This document shows positions 15,001 to 28,700 of a stretch of 64,000 nucleotides of DNA, in pieces; position 1 is the first letter of the stretch; every line of letters begins with the position of its first letter. The notes beneath the pieces are model-generated. The model did not search any database. It was given only the letters and a program-made list of their open reading frames with translations, and was not told the origin of the DNA. The position numbers and the translations under genes are program-made. The DNA is from Tubulanus polymorphus (Eukaryota > Animalia > Nemertea), in contig NC_134035.1 in NCBI RefSeq assembly GCF_964204645.1, forward strand, positions 11,502,451 through 11,566,450, given 5' to 3'.

Positions 15001-18000
15001 TCATCTTAAAATCGGCGTCGCTTCTTGATCTGCGAATCTTTTTCCGAACAAAGATGAGAACAGTTCATTCCTGCAAACATAATAGCAATGATACACTATT
15101 AGGGCCTGCTAATTCAGTAAACAGTTACTAAATATTAATCCTACGCTTGAATGCTAGAAGTTTGAGCTATAGATTAGAAGGTTTACTGAGGTTGCAATAT
15201 TTCGGCTGTTCTGTAACCAGAATAATGATGACTGTGTGGTCTCAATAAACTTTCAATTTCTCAAAACTGTTAGTCAAAACTTCAAGCATGGGATTAATCT
15301 CCAACACACTTTTCACAGAATAATGTAGAAGAATTACTCGTTATTCAGTAAACTTAAACAGTAGTTTTTACCTCGTTTCATCACTCCAAGTGCTGTTGTC
15401 GACTGGTGCCATGAAATTCACTAATTTCGGGTGAACGTCGTATCTAAATAACAAATGGGAACACATAACTGCACATAAATCAGGGGGGAGGTGCCTTCTA
15501 CTTTCTTAAGGTCAGTATCTAGTTCCGAATTTAGGGTAGACCTGACTGTGACAACTATTTGAGAATATTGCTACTCTTTTTTAAGACCAACTACTCCCAC
15601 TTATATCGAATTTCCCAATCATGTACTTCGATTTAAACAAAAAAAAAAACAAAAAAATGTAAACTAGACCGCCGATCACACAACTATTTCTGTACTTCGA
15701 TTTCCGATTTCAAAATCAAACCCCCTGTTTCGCTCCCGGCAGGTGTGGTTGGTCTGTAAGGGACACTCAATCAGAAAATCAAACAAAATTTACCAACCAA
15801 ATAAATAACAGGGACAATCCCTATTTTAAGATCAAAAAAAAAAAAAATATCTAAATACTCCAAAATTCAGAATAATTTCTAGTTCATTTTCAATTAAACT
15901 ACATTGTACTATTTTCGACATCAGATTATAATCTGAATTCGGGTGAAAACAACTGCAATTTGTTTGGAACATAGCTGAATTAGGCTATTTTTGACGGCGC
16001 AGTCAAATTTTAAGGTACAAATGGGTCGCGAAGAGTTGTTCTGAACATTGAAAGAGGTTTCGAGCAAAAGGGAATACATATGAACTCCCTGAATTCAAGG
16101 GTTCTCACAAGGACCAGTATAGATACTATAGAACATTCAAGGCACAATAGGCATTGATTATCCTAAACAAAATAATACATCGATTTTTAATCGTGGATGC
16201 CTAGATCACTCACCTGATTTTCCGACCTTTACTCGCTTTAGTGTCGACCTTCTTCTTCATTTTTGACCGAAGTTTCTGGATTTCCATCCATTGCCTGAAA
16301 GTATCGCCGAAACGTTTCAGCGAATATCATAAAACCCTGCCATAGCTTGTGATAGTTTATCATTAATCGGACTTCTCTTGGAATGTGTATATTACGTACC
16401 TGCTCAAAGCGACCGGATCGGTAATCGCGCTCGTCTTGCGTTCGATCAACTCTCGTAACAATTGATGATAGAAATCATTGTCATCGAATATCTCGGGGTC
16501 GTAGTCGTTCAGATGATCCCTAGATACAAACTCCTACCGTCAAAACAAAAACACACATCGATTACTAGAGAAGTTATCAAAATGCTTCTGCCCATTTTCA
16601 TTAACAGCGGACTCCAACCCAGTCGGTACTAGTCAACTTGTTAAACTGTTCAAGTTGATAAATTTTCCAAAAATTTAATTCAGAAAATCTTCTACTTAAT
16701 TGATTCTCAACTCAATATCTGCTCAACTCAAATATTCATAGTTACAACCCTATCTAGTAAGGTGAGTTAACAGGGCCAGTGAATGCAAGTTGTCATTGGC
16801 CCGGCTCATGTCCGAGTACAGAATTCTAGATCCATTTTATTCATAATATTATCCGCAAAAATAGAAGCCCAGCCAAAAAACCACCCTCACTCCGCTGGCC
16901 CTGGTTAACAGTATTTGACGTATATTTCTTACTTACGGTAGATTGTTGTTCAGAGTCGGGCACCGTTTCAACTGAATCCGCTACTTTCCCGATGATCTGA
17001 TAAGCCGAACGTTTCAGTTGAGTTCGTTTCAGTAGTCGATCGCGGTCGGCGAGAATCTGAGGAGAGTTTTAGAATTTGCATTTTCAGTGAAATTGAAAGT
17101 AGATTTCATTAGGAATTTATTTATACTCTGACCATTTACACAGCATATGGATGGAGACTATGAGATATACCCGGTTTATAAGATATTAAGACATTATTTA
17201 CGAAACAACAGAATATATATACTTATGTGGTTTAAATTCAACATCAGACCATTCAGTTCGATAGCCAATCTTACAATTTAAGGCCAGTCTTAAGATTTAA
17301 GACACTGGGGCCAGTTGCACAGTCGTGACTTAAGTCCAAAGGTGGTCTTAAATCTTAAGAATGGTCTTAAGTTGTTAGATTAGCTATAGAACTAAGTTGG
17401 TCTTAGACTGGTCTTTAGTCTAAGCCATGACTATGCAACCGACCCCTGATCACATTAGGACTTAAGTCACAGAGCGAATCAGTATATTACACCTGGAGCT
17501 TCAGGGCTCGTGCAGTAACATAAGCAGTGTTTTCAATAAGAGCCAGGTCCCAGGTCCCAGACCCGTCTGTTGTTTATAAAGGACCCGCCCGTTTTTTCAA
17601 ACCAGCTTTTGTTTCAGGGGCTGTGACATAGGGGGACCTGGCTTGTTAATTTCTTATTGAAAACACTGATAAGGGGCCATTCGTCGAGTACAAAACCTTG
17701 AATGCAGGATATTCAACTTCGATACAATATTGGAATACTATCTGATAATATTAAGATACTATAAGATCTATAGCTACCTGGTTGATTTGTTTGAGAACAG
17801 GCTGGTCGAACGCCGAGAATGATTTACTCGTCACCTTGCCGCTCGAGACGCGTGTTTTATCATTCCATTTTTGAATGACTTCATTCCTGAAATTGAAGAA
17901 AAATCGAAGATTTACACATTCTTTTTCTAAATGCCAGGAAACATTGTCGCAAAAAAGAAACACATCGAAAATATTACAGAAATATTACGGAGTTTTTTGC

Positions 18001-19770
18001 TGGTAAATTCTGAAAATCAGAGGATATTCAAAGTCCTTGAAAATGTTTTTTTTTAAAAAGAAATCAATAGTATGAACCCCGACCTTATGTCAATATGGCA
18101 GATATGAACATCATGACTACGAGGGGCGTCCTGTAACTAACCTGTACGTCTGAAATTTCTTATGCCGTTTGCTCAGCAATTCCGGATATTCCGACTCGTC
18201 GTATTTACGCTTTCGCAACGAAGACAGCGATACTTTCTTCTGCTCCCGGTCATCATCATCTTCCTCACCGACATCGGAATCGCTCGGGATTTCATCATCA
18301 TCATCAACATCTTTATTTTTTTCTGGACTGTTTACGAATCAAAAGTTTGATCAATTATTCATTAGAATGTTATATTTGATTCACAAATTTCTGTACTACC
18401 AGAGAAACATATCTATTACCATCAAGAATGCAGAAGAAAATATTACAAAATACACAAAATTTAATTCTTTTTTGAAAAATTGCCGACAACTTACTTTGAT
18501 TCTCCATCACGTCCGATATGCTCGGTGTCCGGATGTCGCAACAGTAAAGATGTTTGCAATACGTATAACTCATCCAGTAGCGTTTTGAACATCGCGTGAC
18601 CTGAAAAATATATTGCAGACCGGAGATGAATCCTCTGATAGGGTGGCGCCACTTTCCGCCAATTTATAAACTCTGTTTTGAATTTTCCAAGTTATTACAC
18701 GTTATACCCCCGGACAAAGCTGAGGAATTTCTAAGTTTAATATTTAACTATCTATTCATTTTCTATTTATGGAGAAATGCATGGTCAAAAACATATCCAA
18801 ATTCCCTGAGATTTGGGTTTTTTTTTTGCAAATTTGTCAAATTTTTTAGTTTTCCCTGATGTTTCCAAACTTTTCTGATTCCGAGAGTTTTCCAGGTCAG
18901 TGGTTACCCTGTCTGAAGGCTAGCACTAGCTCAAATCTTCGCTTGCTTTAAGTTAAATCCTCTATAATGATAATTGACTGCAGAGTCCTCACCGCTCCAA
19001 ACATTTCATAATTGATTCAAAGGTGAAATGGCGTACTTACATTGTTTTGCTGCGGTCTGGATTTCATCGTCAGGTCCTGATGACGCGATGATTTCGTCCC
19101 ATGCATCCGGCTGCGGCAGCTGATTAGTGAGCAGCAGGATTTTCTGTAGTTTTATGCGACATTCGAGGAAACTGTCCCATAAACCTGTAATTACACAACA
19201 CATCGATTCATCAAAACTGCCACGGTCCAATCGGAAAATAATCATGTAATGTTTTGAAATTTCAACACTGGTAACTGAAACAATGCCCATAATTTCGGAA
19301 TTCTTACTTAAGGCTGTGTGTATTAATGATTGTTGTGATATATATTATAGCTTAAAGCCTGCGATATGGTTGTTCTTTATTTAAAATCTTTGAGGTTTGT
19401 AAATACTATGTAAATATCACAATGTACATCTCAACTCGAAAGGGTGTATTTGTATTGAATATTGAATACATCAAGGAAGCTCATTTCAAATGCTCCCTTG
19501 AGTAGAAGGGGAAGAGAAGAATGGGAAATGTAAGGATATATGTTAAATTCTGATAAAAAAATGGTTCTCTTAGTTCTCAGATCTTGACTGAGAACGTAAC
19601 TTACTGAGCTGTGCTTGGGCCGCTTTACCGCGAGCGATTTCATCGGTGACATTCGTTTTGGAAAATTTCTCAATTTCTCCGTCTCGCTCGGCGGCGCCTT
19701 CGTCGTCGGGTTCGATATCCTCGCCGTCGTCCATCTCCGAATCTACGTCATCATCATTGCTATCATCATT

Positions 19771-19841
<71 letters not shown>

Positions 19842-21338
19842 TTTCGCTCGTTTCATTTTCATCATCATCTGCGTATTTACTGTAATCATCGTGGGCGCTG
19901 AAACTGTTTACATCAACAAAATATCAGAACAGATTTCATATTTATGAATAACAAGATTTAAGTGACATATGAATGTGAAGGTCACAAACTCAGGTACCAG
20001 TTTCAAAGTCATGGCGAGTATCAATAAGTTAAGGTCAGGATATACCCCTCGAGTTTACGGTCAATAAGATATCCCAATTCCCTGCATTTTCCTTGATCTT
20101 TTTTTCTCATTTTTCTGATGGTCACCCTGTTAGAATCTAAATTAGATTAACAAATCACCTGAATTTGTGACCAGAAGCCTTTGCTTTGTTTTCCGTAAGT
20201 TTCATCTTCGTCTTGAAACTGGCCAGGTCATCATCATTCTCATCGTCACCATCATCATCGCTGTCACCCGCCTCGCTCTCGTCATCTTCGCTATCATCTT
20301 CATCCGCCTGCTCACCATTTTCATCGGAAATGTCATCATCCAAATCTTCATCATTGACATCTACATGAGAGAGATCGGATAACATATATAGGCCTAATTA
20401 CTGCAGACTTTTTAGAGAATCTAAAATTCAACTCTCAAAGAGTCTGGGTCCCTACAGATCAGTCATTCCTGGATATGAGAAGTTTTCACGGAGAAAATAT
20501 CAAATTTCGTGTCTGCATCAATTTCATATCCCAATTACTGTAGAGACTCCTCCTTAATCGGTACTGTTTATCTTGGTAAACCGTTAATTCAGTGGTTTTG
20601 TAAGCAATTATCATCCTTTACACCACTAATATCGGTTTCTAATTCCACCTAGTTTAGTAAAGAAAAAAATTCAGGTCCCAACTGTATTGTACCGATTTAG
20701 GCGTAGTCTACTCACAGTAGAACTACAAACATTTCTAATAAAATAACTCATTTCTCAAGATCGAAGGAGTATTACAGGAGTTTTAAGCCAATTGCCGAAA
20801 AAGGAGTTTCAAGCACCTTTTTAAAAGCATTTTGCAGTTTAGGAGATCGTAATGATTCAAGGACTTTGTAAGGACCCAAAGAATCTAATTTTTTCTGATA
20901 CCCCGCGACTAAACAAATAAATCTTATATCTGAAAATGCATACCATCATCAGAGTCATCATCTTCAAAATCGCTATCTTCGTTTAGTTTTTTCCGCGAAG
21001 TTTTCTTGCCCGCGTACGATTCTCCGAAGTCGTCTAGATTCAGCGTCTTTCTACGCAGGCTACTCGGCGCTAGGGCGATACCGTCATCGTTGTCTTCATC
21101 ATCACCGGCAACTGGATCGCACAGTCTCGCTTTACTATCTGAAGTCAAAATTATAGTTTGAAAACGTATGTGCAGTGGTGAGCTTTCATTCAATAAAAAA
21201 ATCATTTGAATTTATTCTCAACCAGCCGGAGGGGCAATGATCGATCGATTGTTTCTAACCTGGATGAAATGAATCCTCGGGATCATCAAAAACAGGCGTT
21301 GGATTTACTAATTTCGCTAATTCTTCGGCAAAACTCAT
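15001..21338 (-). CDS. AATF: AATF/Che-1 (Bfr2/TRAUB family); exons approx 21338-21260, 21138-20944, 20360-20159, 19897-19605, 19184-19041, 18600-18495, 18327-18142, 17886-17778, 17056-16937, 16533-16400, 16294-16214, 15443-15372, 15070-15001
   Basis: Start [19 protein letters not shown], acidic N-region, [85 protein letters not shown]; AATAAA on minus near 14956-14985. Confidence 0.95.
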
Positions 21339-22212
21339 CGTTAAAACGATAACAACTGAAAACTTGAGTAGACACTTCAATCGACTATCCCATGTGGGTT
21401 TGTTTTCTTCTTCGACGTAGCGGGCGGCTCCGAGATTATCCAACTCTCAATATACTTGTTTTCTTATGGGGTGGCTCCCCATGGGGTATTGGGCACTCAG
21501 GCCCGATACACTTCGCGTCCTCTTGTCCCAATGTCACAAGACCGAAAATAATGTAAAGAAGGCCAGTGATCGGACAGTAGAGCTATCAGTATCAATCAAA
21601 GGCAACAAATAGATCAATTAATTTAATGGCTAACAGTTTATTTCGCGAAATCCTTTCAGTCAAGAATCATAACAAATGTCAGTTGGAACTTCTGTAATAT
21701 GTAATCTGTAGTATTAAACTTAAACACTTCAAACATTGGAATTAACAGTTTCAAACAAAAATCATACAAGTATGATGACAGACAATAACCCGGTTAACTG
21801 ACCAAAGTCGTTTAAGTGCAGGCTTTAACCTAAGTAGAGGTTTGAATTGACCATAGCCATATATTGTAAAAGCATTTGTGAAAACCCTATAATCTAAAAT
21901 AACTGAGGAAAATATTTCCAAATAGACAAGATTCAACAATTAACTAATTCATATCCTAAATTGCTGGGGATAATTTGAAAACAGGTGATCTTTCTTTAGA
22001 GATCAAAGTTACTATAATTAATCAGCAATACACCGTGATGCTGTGTATTAGTGTCCATTGTCAATTAATACACCGCACTGCGGTGTATGCACTGAAAGAT
22101 TTAACTGAAGTCATTTCTAGTTTTAATTCAAATGATGGTTTGTGATCACAGTCCGCGGTTGTAGTATCTATCATTCCAATGTTTATTTCGCAGCACAGAA
22201 CTGAGTCTTCCA

Positions 22213-22689
22213 TTATTTCTTCGAACTCGATCCTTCACCGCTTTTTTGCCACATAGTTTTCACATGATCCGTCGCGGTACCGTACGCTTGCTTTAAAATA
22301 ACCAGAGTTTGATCGGGATGACAGAACGCCGCTGCGGTACCCATTCCGGTCATCGCGTAAACGGACTTTCGAATAACGCCGCCTTTGTATCCGCAAACCA
22401 AACCTCCGAGACCGGCGATCGCGATTACTCCGGCGCGCGGTAGATAACCGGGGTCGTCTCGGATGAAATGATAGAGTTCTCGAGTGTGATTCGAAGCAGT
22501 GGCACATTTTTCAGCTATCATATTCGTGGTGTCTTTACTCGCGTCCATATACGACCAGAGAGTTCTGCGGATTTCAGAAATTTGACCGCAGTCGCCGCTG
22601 GAGCAAGGAGTAGACGACTTTTCGGCTTCATTGCTGCCTTTCGTTTTATATATAGGTAACTGACGGGCTTTCATGCTATTATTCGCCAT
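22213..22689 (-). CDS. MICOS subunit MIC26/MIC27 (apolipoprotein O family), single coding exon
   Basis: NSMKARQLPIY, YHFIRDDPGYLPRAGVIAIAGLGGLV..GGVIRKSVY..GMGTAAAFCHPDQ resemble ApoO-family motifs; first in-frame ATG at 22689. Confidence 0.85.
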   Translation of the reverse strand: MANNSMKARQLPIYKTKGSNEAEKSSTPCSSGDCGQISEIRRTLWSYMDASKDTTNMIAEKCATASNHTRELYHFIRDDPGYLPRAGVIAIAGLGGLVCGYKGGVIRKSVYAMTGMGTAAAFCHPDQTLVILKQAYGTATDHVKTMWQKSGEGSSSKK

Positions 22690-23755
22690 ATCAAGGACAA
22701 AATCGAAAGTGCAAATATAGAAAAAGCAGAAAAAGCTTACTTCATTCACTTGGTAAGCCGGAGTTGTCCTTTACGCAGATTATGTGGAGCCCGGAATTGT
22801 CCTCAACCTATTCAAATTCAATACAAATTTCAAAGATTTATTTAACAATAGTTGCCGAAGAAAAATGTTTGCAGCTCAAAAATATGGAAAGATGCTTGTA
22901 AATCATATATCCGATATTGTGCGATTTAAAATGAATTATATCATCAGGTTTTTCGCAGGAAAAACGATTATCTGAATTTTGATGATTGCACTTGTCGTGG
23001 TCAGTACGTAGTAATTCAATGCAATAAAATCCATTTTTATTGAATGCGGAAGTGTCAAAAAATAGAAAAGTGATATATCATGATTAAATGCGGCGACATA
23101 TGTAGATGATCTGTGGCGAAAGTTCTTACAGTTTAAGAAACAACAACAGGTATTCTTTTACTATATCTTTCGCACTTGTCATACAAATCTGCCCGTATCG
23201 ATCTCGACCTTGATTCTTGGATTCTTGAATTGAACTTAAAACTCTTCTCGGGCTCGGTCTTGCTTTCGTTTTTTCGTTCACGCCTGACTGACATTAATTC
23301 AGTCGGTCCCCCCACCTCCCCCCATCAGTTACTTGTCTTTGGCTCAATTTAACAATTGTATATCTTCACAAACATGGTTTAAGCCCATCTGATTAAAGCT
23401 TACCACCATCTATCTACGGAACTGGAACTTGAACTTTGCGCCGTGTAGCCTGTGATGTTAATACATAGAATTGAATATGCATTAAATTGAGAAAACAAAA
23501 CATTGACAAATGGCATTCAATAAAAATAGTGTCATGAAATCAGTAAAAGTATTTAATTAGGCCTATATGTATCCGAATAGGACAGGTAGCTAACTACCGT
23601 CTACCCCACAATTCAAGGCCAATTCCATTCTAGATGTCTTTTTGGCTCAGGTTTCGTGAATAACTCACGCATCAGTTTGTTCCGTAAGGAATTTTGTATT
23701 CAGAAATAAACTGAATTCAAATAAACAGGTTTTTGTTTTCATCTATCACATTTGT

Positions 23756-25736
23756 GGCTTAAAATGGGGTCCCAAAATTAACTTTTTTTTCATATTACAT
23801 GTAATTTGTAATAAAGTCCCTGGCTTCATTTAGCCTTATTTAGCATAGGCCTAAACTCAATTCATTATACAGGCATACATCAAATAGCCTATGCATGTAT
23901 GTTTATAGGCCTAATAAACAGTAACTTTCTGAAGAGAAATGAAAGGTTTTGCGCAAATCTGTAATTCAATGTAATTCACTGTAATCGAGGTGTAATAAGC
24001 TGTAATAGCTGTAATAGCCAGATAAAACCAGTAATATTTGGCATAAATCTGTAATTCAATGTAATTCGCTGTAATTAAAGTGTAATAAGCTGTAATGACT
24101 GTAATAACAGGTTTTACAGGTTGCCGGTTTTATCTGGTTATTACAGCTATTACAGCTTATTACACTTTAATTACAGTGAATTACATTGAATTACAGATTT
24201 ATGCCAAATATTACAAGGTTTTATCTGGTTATTACAACTATTACAGCTTATTACACTTTAATTACAGCGAATTACATTGAATTACAGATTTATGCCAAAT
24301 ATTACTAGGTTTTATCTGGTTATTACAGCTGTTACAGCTTATTACACTTCGATTACAGTGAATTACATTGAATTACAGATTTATGCCAAATATTACTAGG
24401 TTTTATCTGGTTATTACAGCTATTACAGCTTATTACACTTTAATTACAGCGAATTACATTGAATTACAAATTTATGCCAAATATTACGTATGTTTTATCT
24501 GGTTATTACAGCTATTACAGCTTATTACACTTTAATTACAGCGAATTACATTGAATTACAAATTTATGCCAAATATTACGTATGTTTTATCTGGTTATTA
24601 CAACTATTACAGCTTATTACACCTCGATTACAGCGAATTACATTGAATTACAGATTTAAGCTAAATATTACTAGGTTTTATCTGGTTATTACAGCTTATT
24701 ACACTTTAATTACAGCGAATTACATTGAATTACAAATTTATGCCAAATATTACGTATGTTTTATCTGGTTATTACAGCTATTACAGCTTATTACACTTTA
24801 ATTACAGCGAATTACATTGAATTACAAATTTATGCCAAATATTACGTATGTTTTATCTGGTTATTACAACTATTACAGCTTATTACACCTCGATTACAGC
24901 GAATTACATTGAATTACAGATTTATGCCAAATATTACTAGGTTTTATCTGGTTATTACAGCTGTTACAGCTTATTACACTTCGATTACAGTGAATTACAT
25001 TGAATTACAGATTTAAGCCAAATATTACTAGGTTTTATCTGGGTATTACAACTATTACAGCTTATTACACTTTAATTACAGCGAATTACATTGAATTACA
25101 GATTTATGCCAAATATTACGTATGTTTTATTTGGTTATTACAACTATTACAGCTTATTACACCTCGATTACAGCGAATTACATTGAATTACAGATTTATG
25201 CCAAATATTACTAGGTTTTATCTGGTTATTACAGCTTATTACACTTTAATTACAGTGAATTACATTGAATTACAGATTTATGCCAAATATTACGTATGTT
25301 TTATCTGGTTATTACAACTATTACAGCTTATTACACCTCGATTACAGCGAATTACATTGAATTACAGATTTATGCCAAATATTACTAGGTTTTATCTGGT
25401 TATTACAGCTTATTACACTTTAATTACAGCGAATTACATTGAATTACAGATTTATGCCAAATATTACGTATTTTTTATATGGTTATTACAGCTATTACAG
25501 CTTATTACACTTTAATTACAGCGAATTACATTGAATTAAAGATTTATGCCAAATATTACTAGGTAGTTTACATCAAGATCTTTATGTATTTTTGATATCA
25601 TGTATATAGGGCTATATCATGAATTGAGTTTAGGCCTATGCATTGCGTATATCTGAGGCTAAATGAAGCCAGGGACTTTATTACAAATTACATGTAATAT
25701 GGAAAAAAAGTTAATTTTGGGACCCCATTTTGAGCC
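23756..25736. mobile_element. Foldback-type element with long terminal inverted repeats enclosing the satellite
   Basis: 23756-23868 (ggcttaaaatggggtcccaaaattaac...) is the near reverse complement of 25617-25736; weaker inverted similarity extends to about 23670 and 25945. Confidence 0.8.
23950..25563. repeat. Satellite array of 91/92-bp (some 82-bp) ATTAC-rich units: about 16 forward units at 24126-25563, preceded by about 1.8 inverted units at 23950-24110
   Basis: Anchor ATGCC/AAGC recurs at 24201, 24292, 24383, 24474, 24566, 24658, 24740, 24832, 24924, 25015, 25106, 25198, 25280, 25372, 25454, 25546. Confidence 0.97.
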
Positions 25737-28700
25737 TTATATAATCTATCAGCGATTGTTTAGGCCTACCTAGAATACGCCCGCGTAATTTAAAAAACGG
25801 CTTCGGCCGCGTGTAGTGTGGCGCCGCCTACTGCAGCTCAGATAGGCCTACTCGATGTTGAGTAAACAGATGTTGATACAGTGGCAAAACAAAAACAACC
25901 TCGTCGTTTATTCCTGAATGCAAAATCCTTGCTGAACAAATCGATATAGGCCTAAAGGTATAATAGGTAGATCTAGTGACTATTAGCGAAATCATCCGTC
26001 AAAACATTGCATGAAGAGCATGTGTGACAGACAGTACATGTCATATATACAATGGTGAACGTGCTTCCAGATTGATACTTCTATTCAGCCAGTTCTATCA
26101 GATCACTCGTCAAGTTTATCTTTGTCTATGATACAATCGTTTTCATACACCACATTAATCACCGACTGATGATGGCTAACAGTTGTTAGCCGAAACGTCG
26201 CTCCTCAAATATAATCATTCTGATATAGAATTTTTCAATCTTGGCTTCGTTATTGTAGGATTTCTCTCGCCATCGTCATACACGGATAATGTGTACCTTC
26301 TTGTCTAATCACAGACTATATTGATTAATGACTGGACTATCAATAAGTCGACGTTGCTGACGAGTAGTTCACCGGCTTCTATAACATCGCCAGCCATAGA
26401 CGTGTCACTTCTTGGTCATCATAACTCCTACCACGCAACATCTGTTCGTATATCTTAGGCAACGATAATGATGGCGCTTTTTAATTTGTCAATTTTCCTC
26501 ACTTGAATTCGTCGTTCTGCACAAAAGGTTTTCGAGGGGCATCCGCCCCTGTCATTTTTATATTCGTCTCTGTTGAAAATCAGCGACCATCTGTTCGGAT
26601 GTCTGCTGCCGCTGTATATGAGTTGATGTTACACTGTTCTATCAATACTGATTATTGCTCGGTCCGGTTAGTTAGTTAGAGTGACAGATGACAGCCGATT
26701 GTAACGTAAATAAGATGAAATTTCAGGAGACTCTAAACCCCTGACCAGAAGCTGTGCAACTTTAAGCCCGCTGTTCACAGTAGGCCTATGTGTTGGGGCA
26801 GCCGTGGTTGAGTGAACATGGTGGTGCGGGGTCTGGTGGAGGTGTTATTACCCTTATTAAGCCTTTATTCTCCTCTGATAAAAATGAAGACAGCGGGGGG
26901 GGGGGGGTGTGTAATTGGTCTGTTTATAGTTTGTGGTGGAACTTAGAAGTGGAGTAATAAAGGTAATCCATTGAGGTGGTAATTAGTGGTGGTAACTAGA
27001 GGTGGAATAATTAAGTTAATCCTCTGCAGTTGTAATTAGTGAGAAGTGACTTCAAATCCCAAAAAGATCAGCGCCCAGATAAAAATCATTTACAATTCAC
27101 CAAAATAGCACCCCCAGAAGTGAAGTGGCGCCAACATATTGTGGTGCAACACTGTATCCTGCGATTCAGCAGCGATAGTCATCTAGTAGACCAGACAGCT
27201 TGAAAATCTAACCGTTCCCGACTAAGAATTACCTGGTGTGCCGCGGGCTTAAGCGTCTGAATGCTGCTGTTATCGAGGGTATTGCTCTGCTGACATAGTG
27301 ACAGACTTATTCTGAGCAGACGTAAGGAGAATATACCAGATTCAATTCATCATATGTACATTATATTTGAATATTCGATTCGTATATGACAATTTAAATG
27401 TAAGATGTAGATGAGTATTTGACTATTAATATGTATCCATCAGCTGTTTTTCGTTTCTGAGCAAAGTCAAGTAGGTGTTTAAAGTTTATTTAACATCGAT
27501 CAATAGGCCTGTATGCCACAACTAACCCACTCTCCCACAACGCAAAATCTATTACCGAATCAGATTTAGCCGGTGATCGATATCGTTCTGGATTAAACGC
27601 TACTCTGGCAAGTAAAATTCCACCAGGTGTCGCTTGTGTACAGTACGACGATGATTAGTTTATCTAGAAGCGTTAATTGACTTATTTTTTAATCGGAATA
27701 CCGAAAACTGAGATCAGAATAAATGAACTTTGAACGATTTTGATGGAGTTCGTCGGATATCTGACGGGATGACTCCCATTACTCGATATCATGAAAATTG
27801 GTAATTATGGTTCCTGAGTTATGAGATCATCTTGGATTTTGTGTAATTCAGCTGAAAATAATCAGCAGTCCATTCAGCACCTGAATATAAAGCAGAATTG
27901 ACTGTAAAGTTGTAATATTGAAATTAAATAATTCAACCCAAATAAACTTTTTCCGCATAATTGACAAGTTGAATACCCGAAGAAGAAACAATTCATTGAT
28001 TCAGCTGCAACGCTTTTCGACGATCGCGGTTAATTTTTATTCAGATATTATTTCGTATTATTAAGCCAAAACTTCGATGAAATTATTGACCCCCAACAAT
28101 GTCTGGTTTTGTTATGAGATCGGTTATTAAAATTTCAAGTTGTCTGCGTTTCATTTTGTCAGCACGTAGTCGCAAACTTTTTATACAAAGCTTTTGTCGA
28201 TAAAGTTGATTAAAGCGCGAATGGAGCCTGTTGTTTTGAACGACCGTGCGACGTGAAATTGATGGTGGTTTTTATTTCATATAAACAGACAGTATTTAAT
28301 GCGTTATTGTTGAAAGTATGATATTAAAAACCACTGATTGAAATGAACGCAGTACAATGAAGTGTCATTGTTTTTCTCCTATAAACATTACTAGATTCGC
28401 GGACTGATTGTTTCCGATTAATTTAACTTAGCGTAGAAATGATCGCGCTTCTTCATTCTCTCACCAGGGATATAGCATCGCCGCATCCATGAAGTCTTCA
28501 TAGGTAGTTTTGGGCAGGTTTCTCTCAATGCTTCGGACGCGGGCGTGAACATCACCTCGGGTATATACGCGAACCCACATTCCGCTTTCAGGCGCGAAGT
28601 CTTCATCGACCCGTGCCGTGCACCGGGGCACGAATGTCCGCAGCTTTTGCGTCGTCTCAGGTGTGTGGGTGCCGTATCCATGTAGTCTTTGTTGGAAATT

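Noticed and set aside
19615-20382. Poly-Ile and poly-Ser ORFs on the + strand
   Set aside because: Antisense readings of AATF acidic exons
24095-25515. ORFs and CRISPR-like appearance in the repeat array
   Set aside because: Units are contiguous near-identical satellite monomers with no unique spacers or cas genes; the ORFs are translations of the repeat
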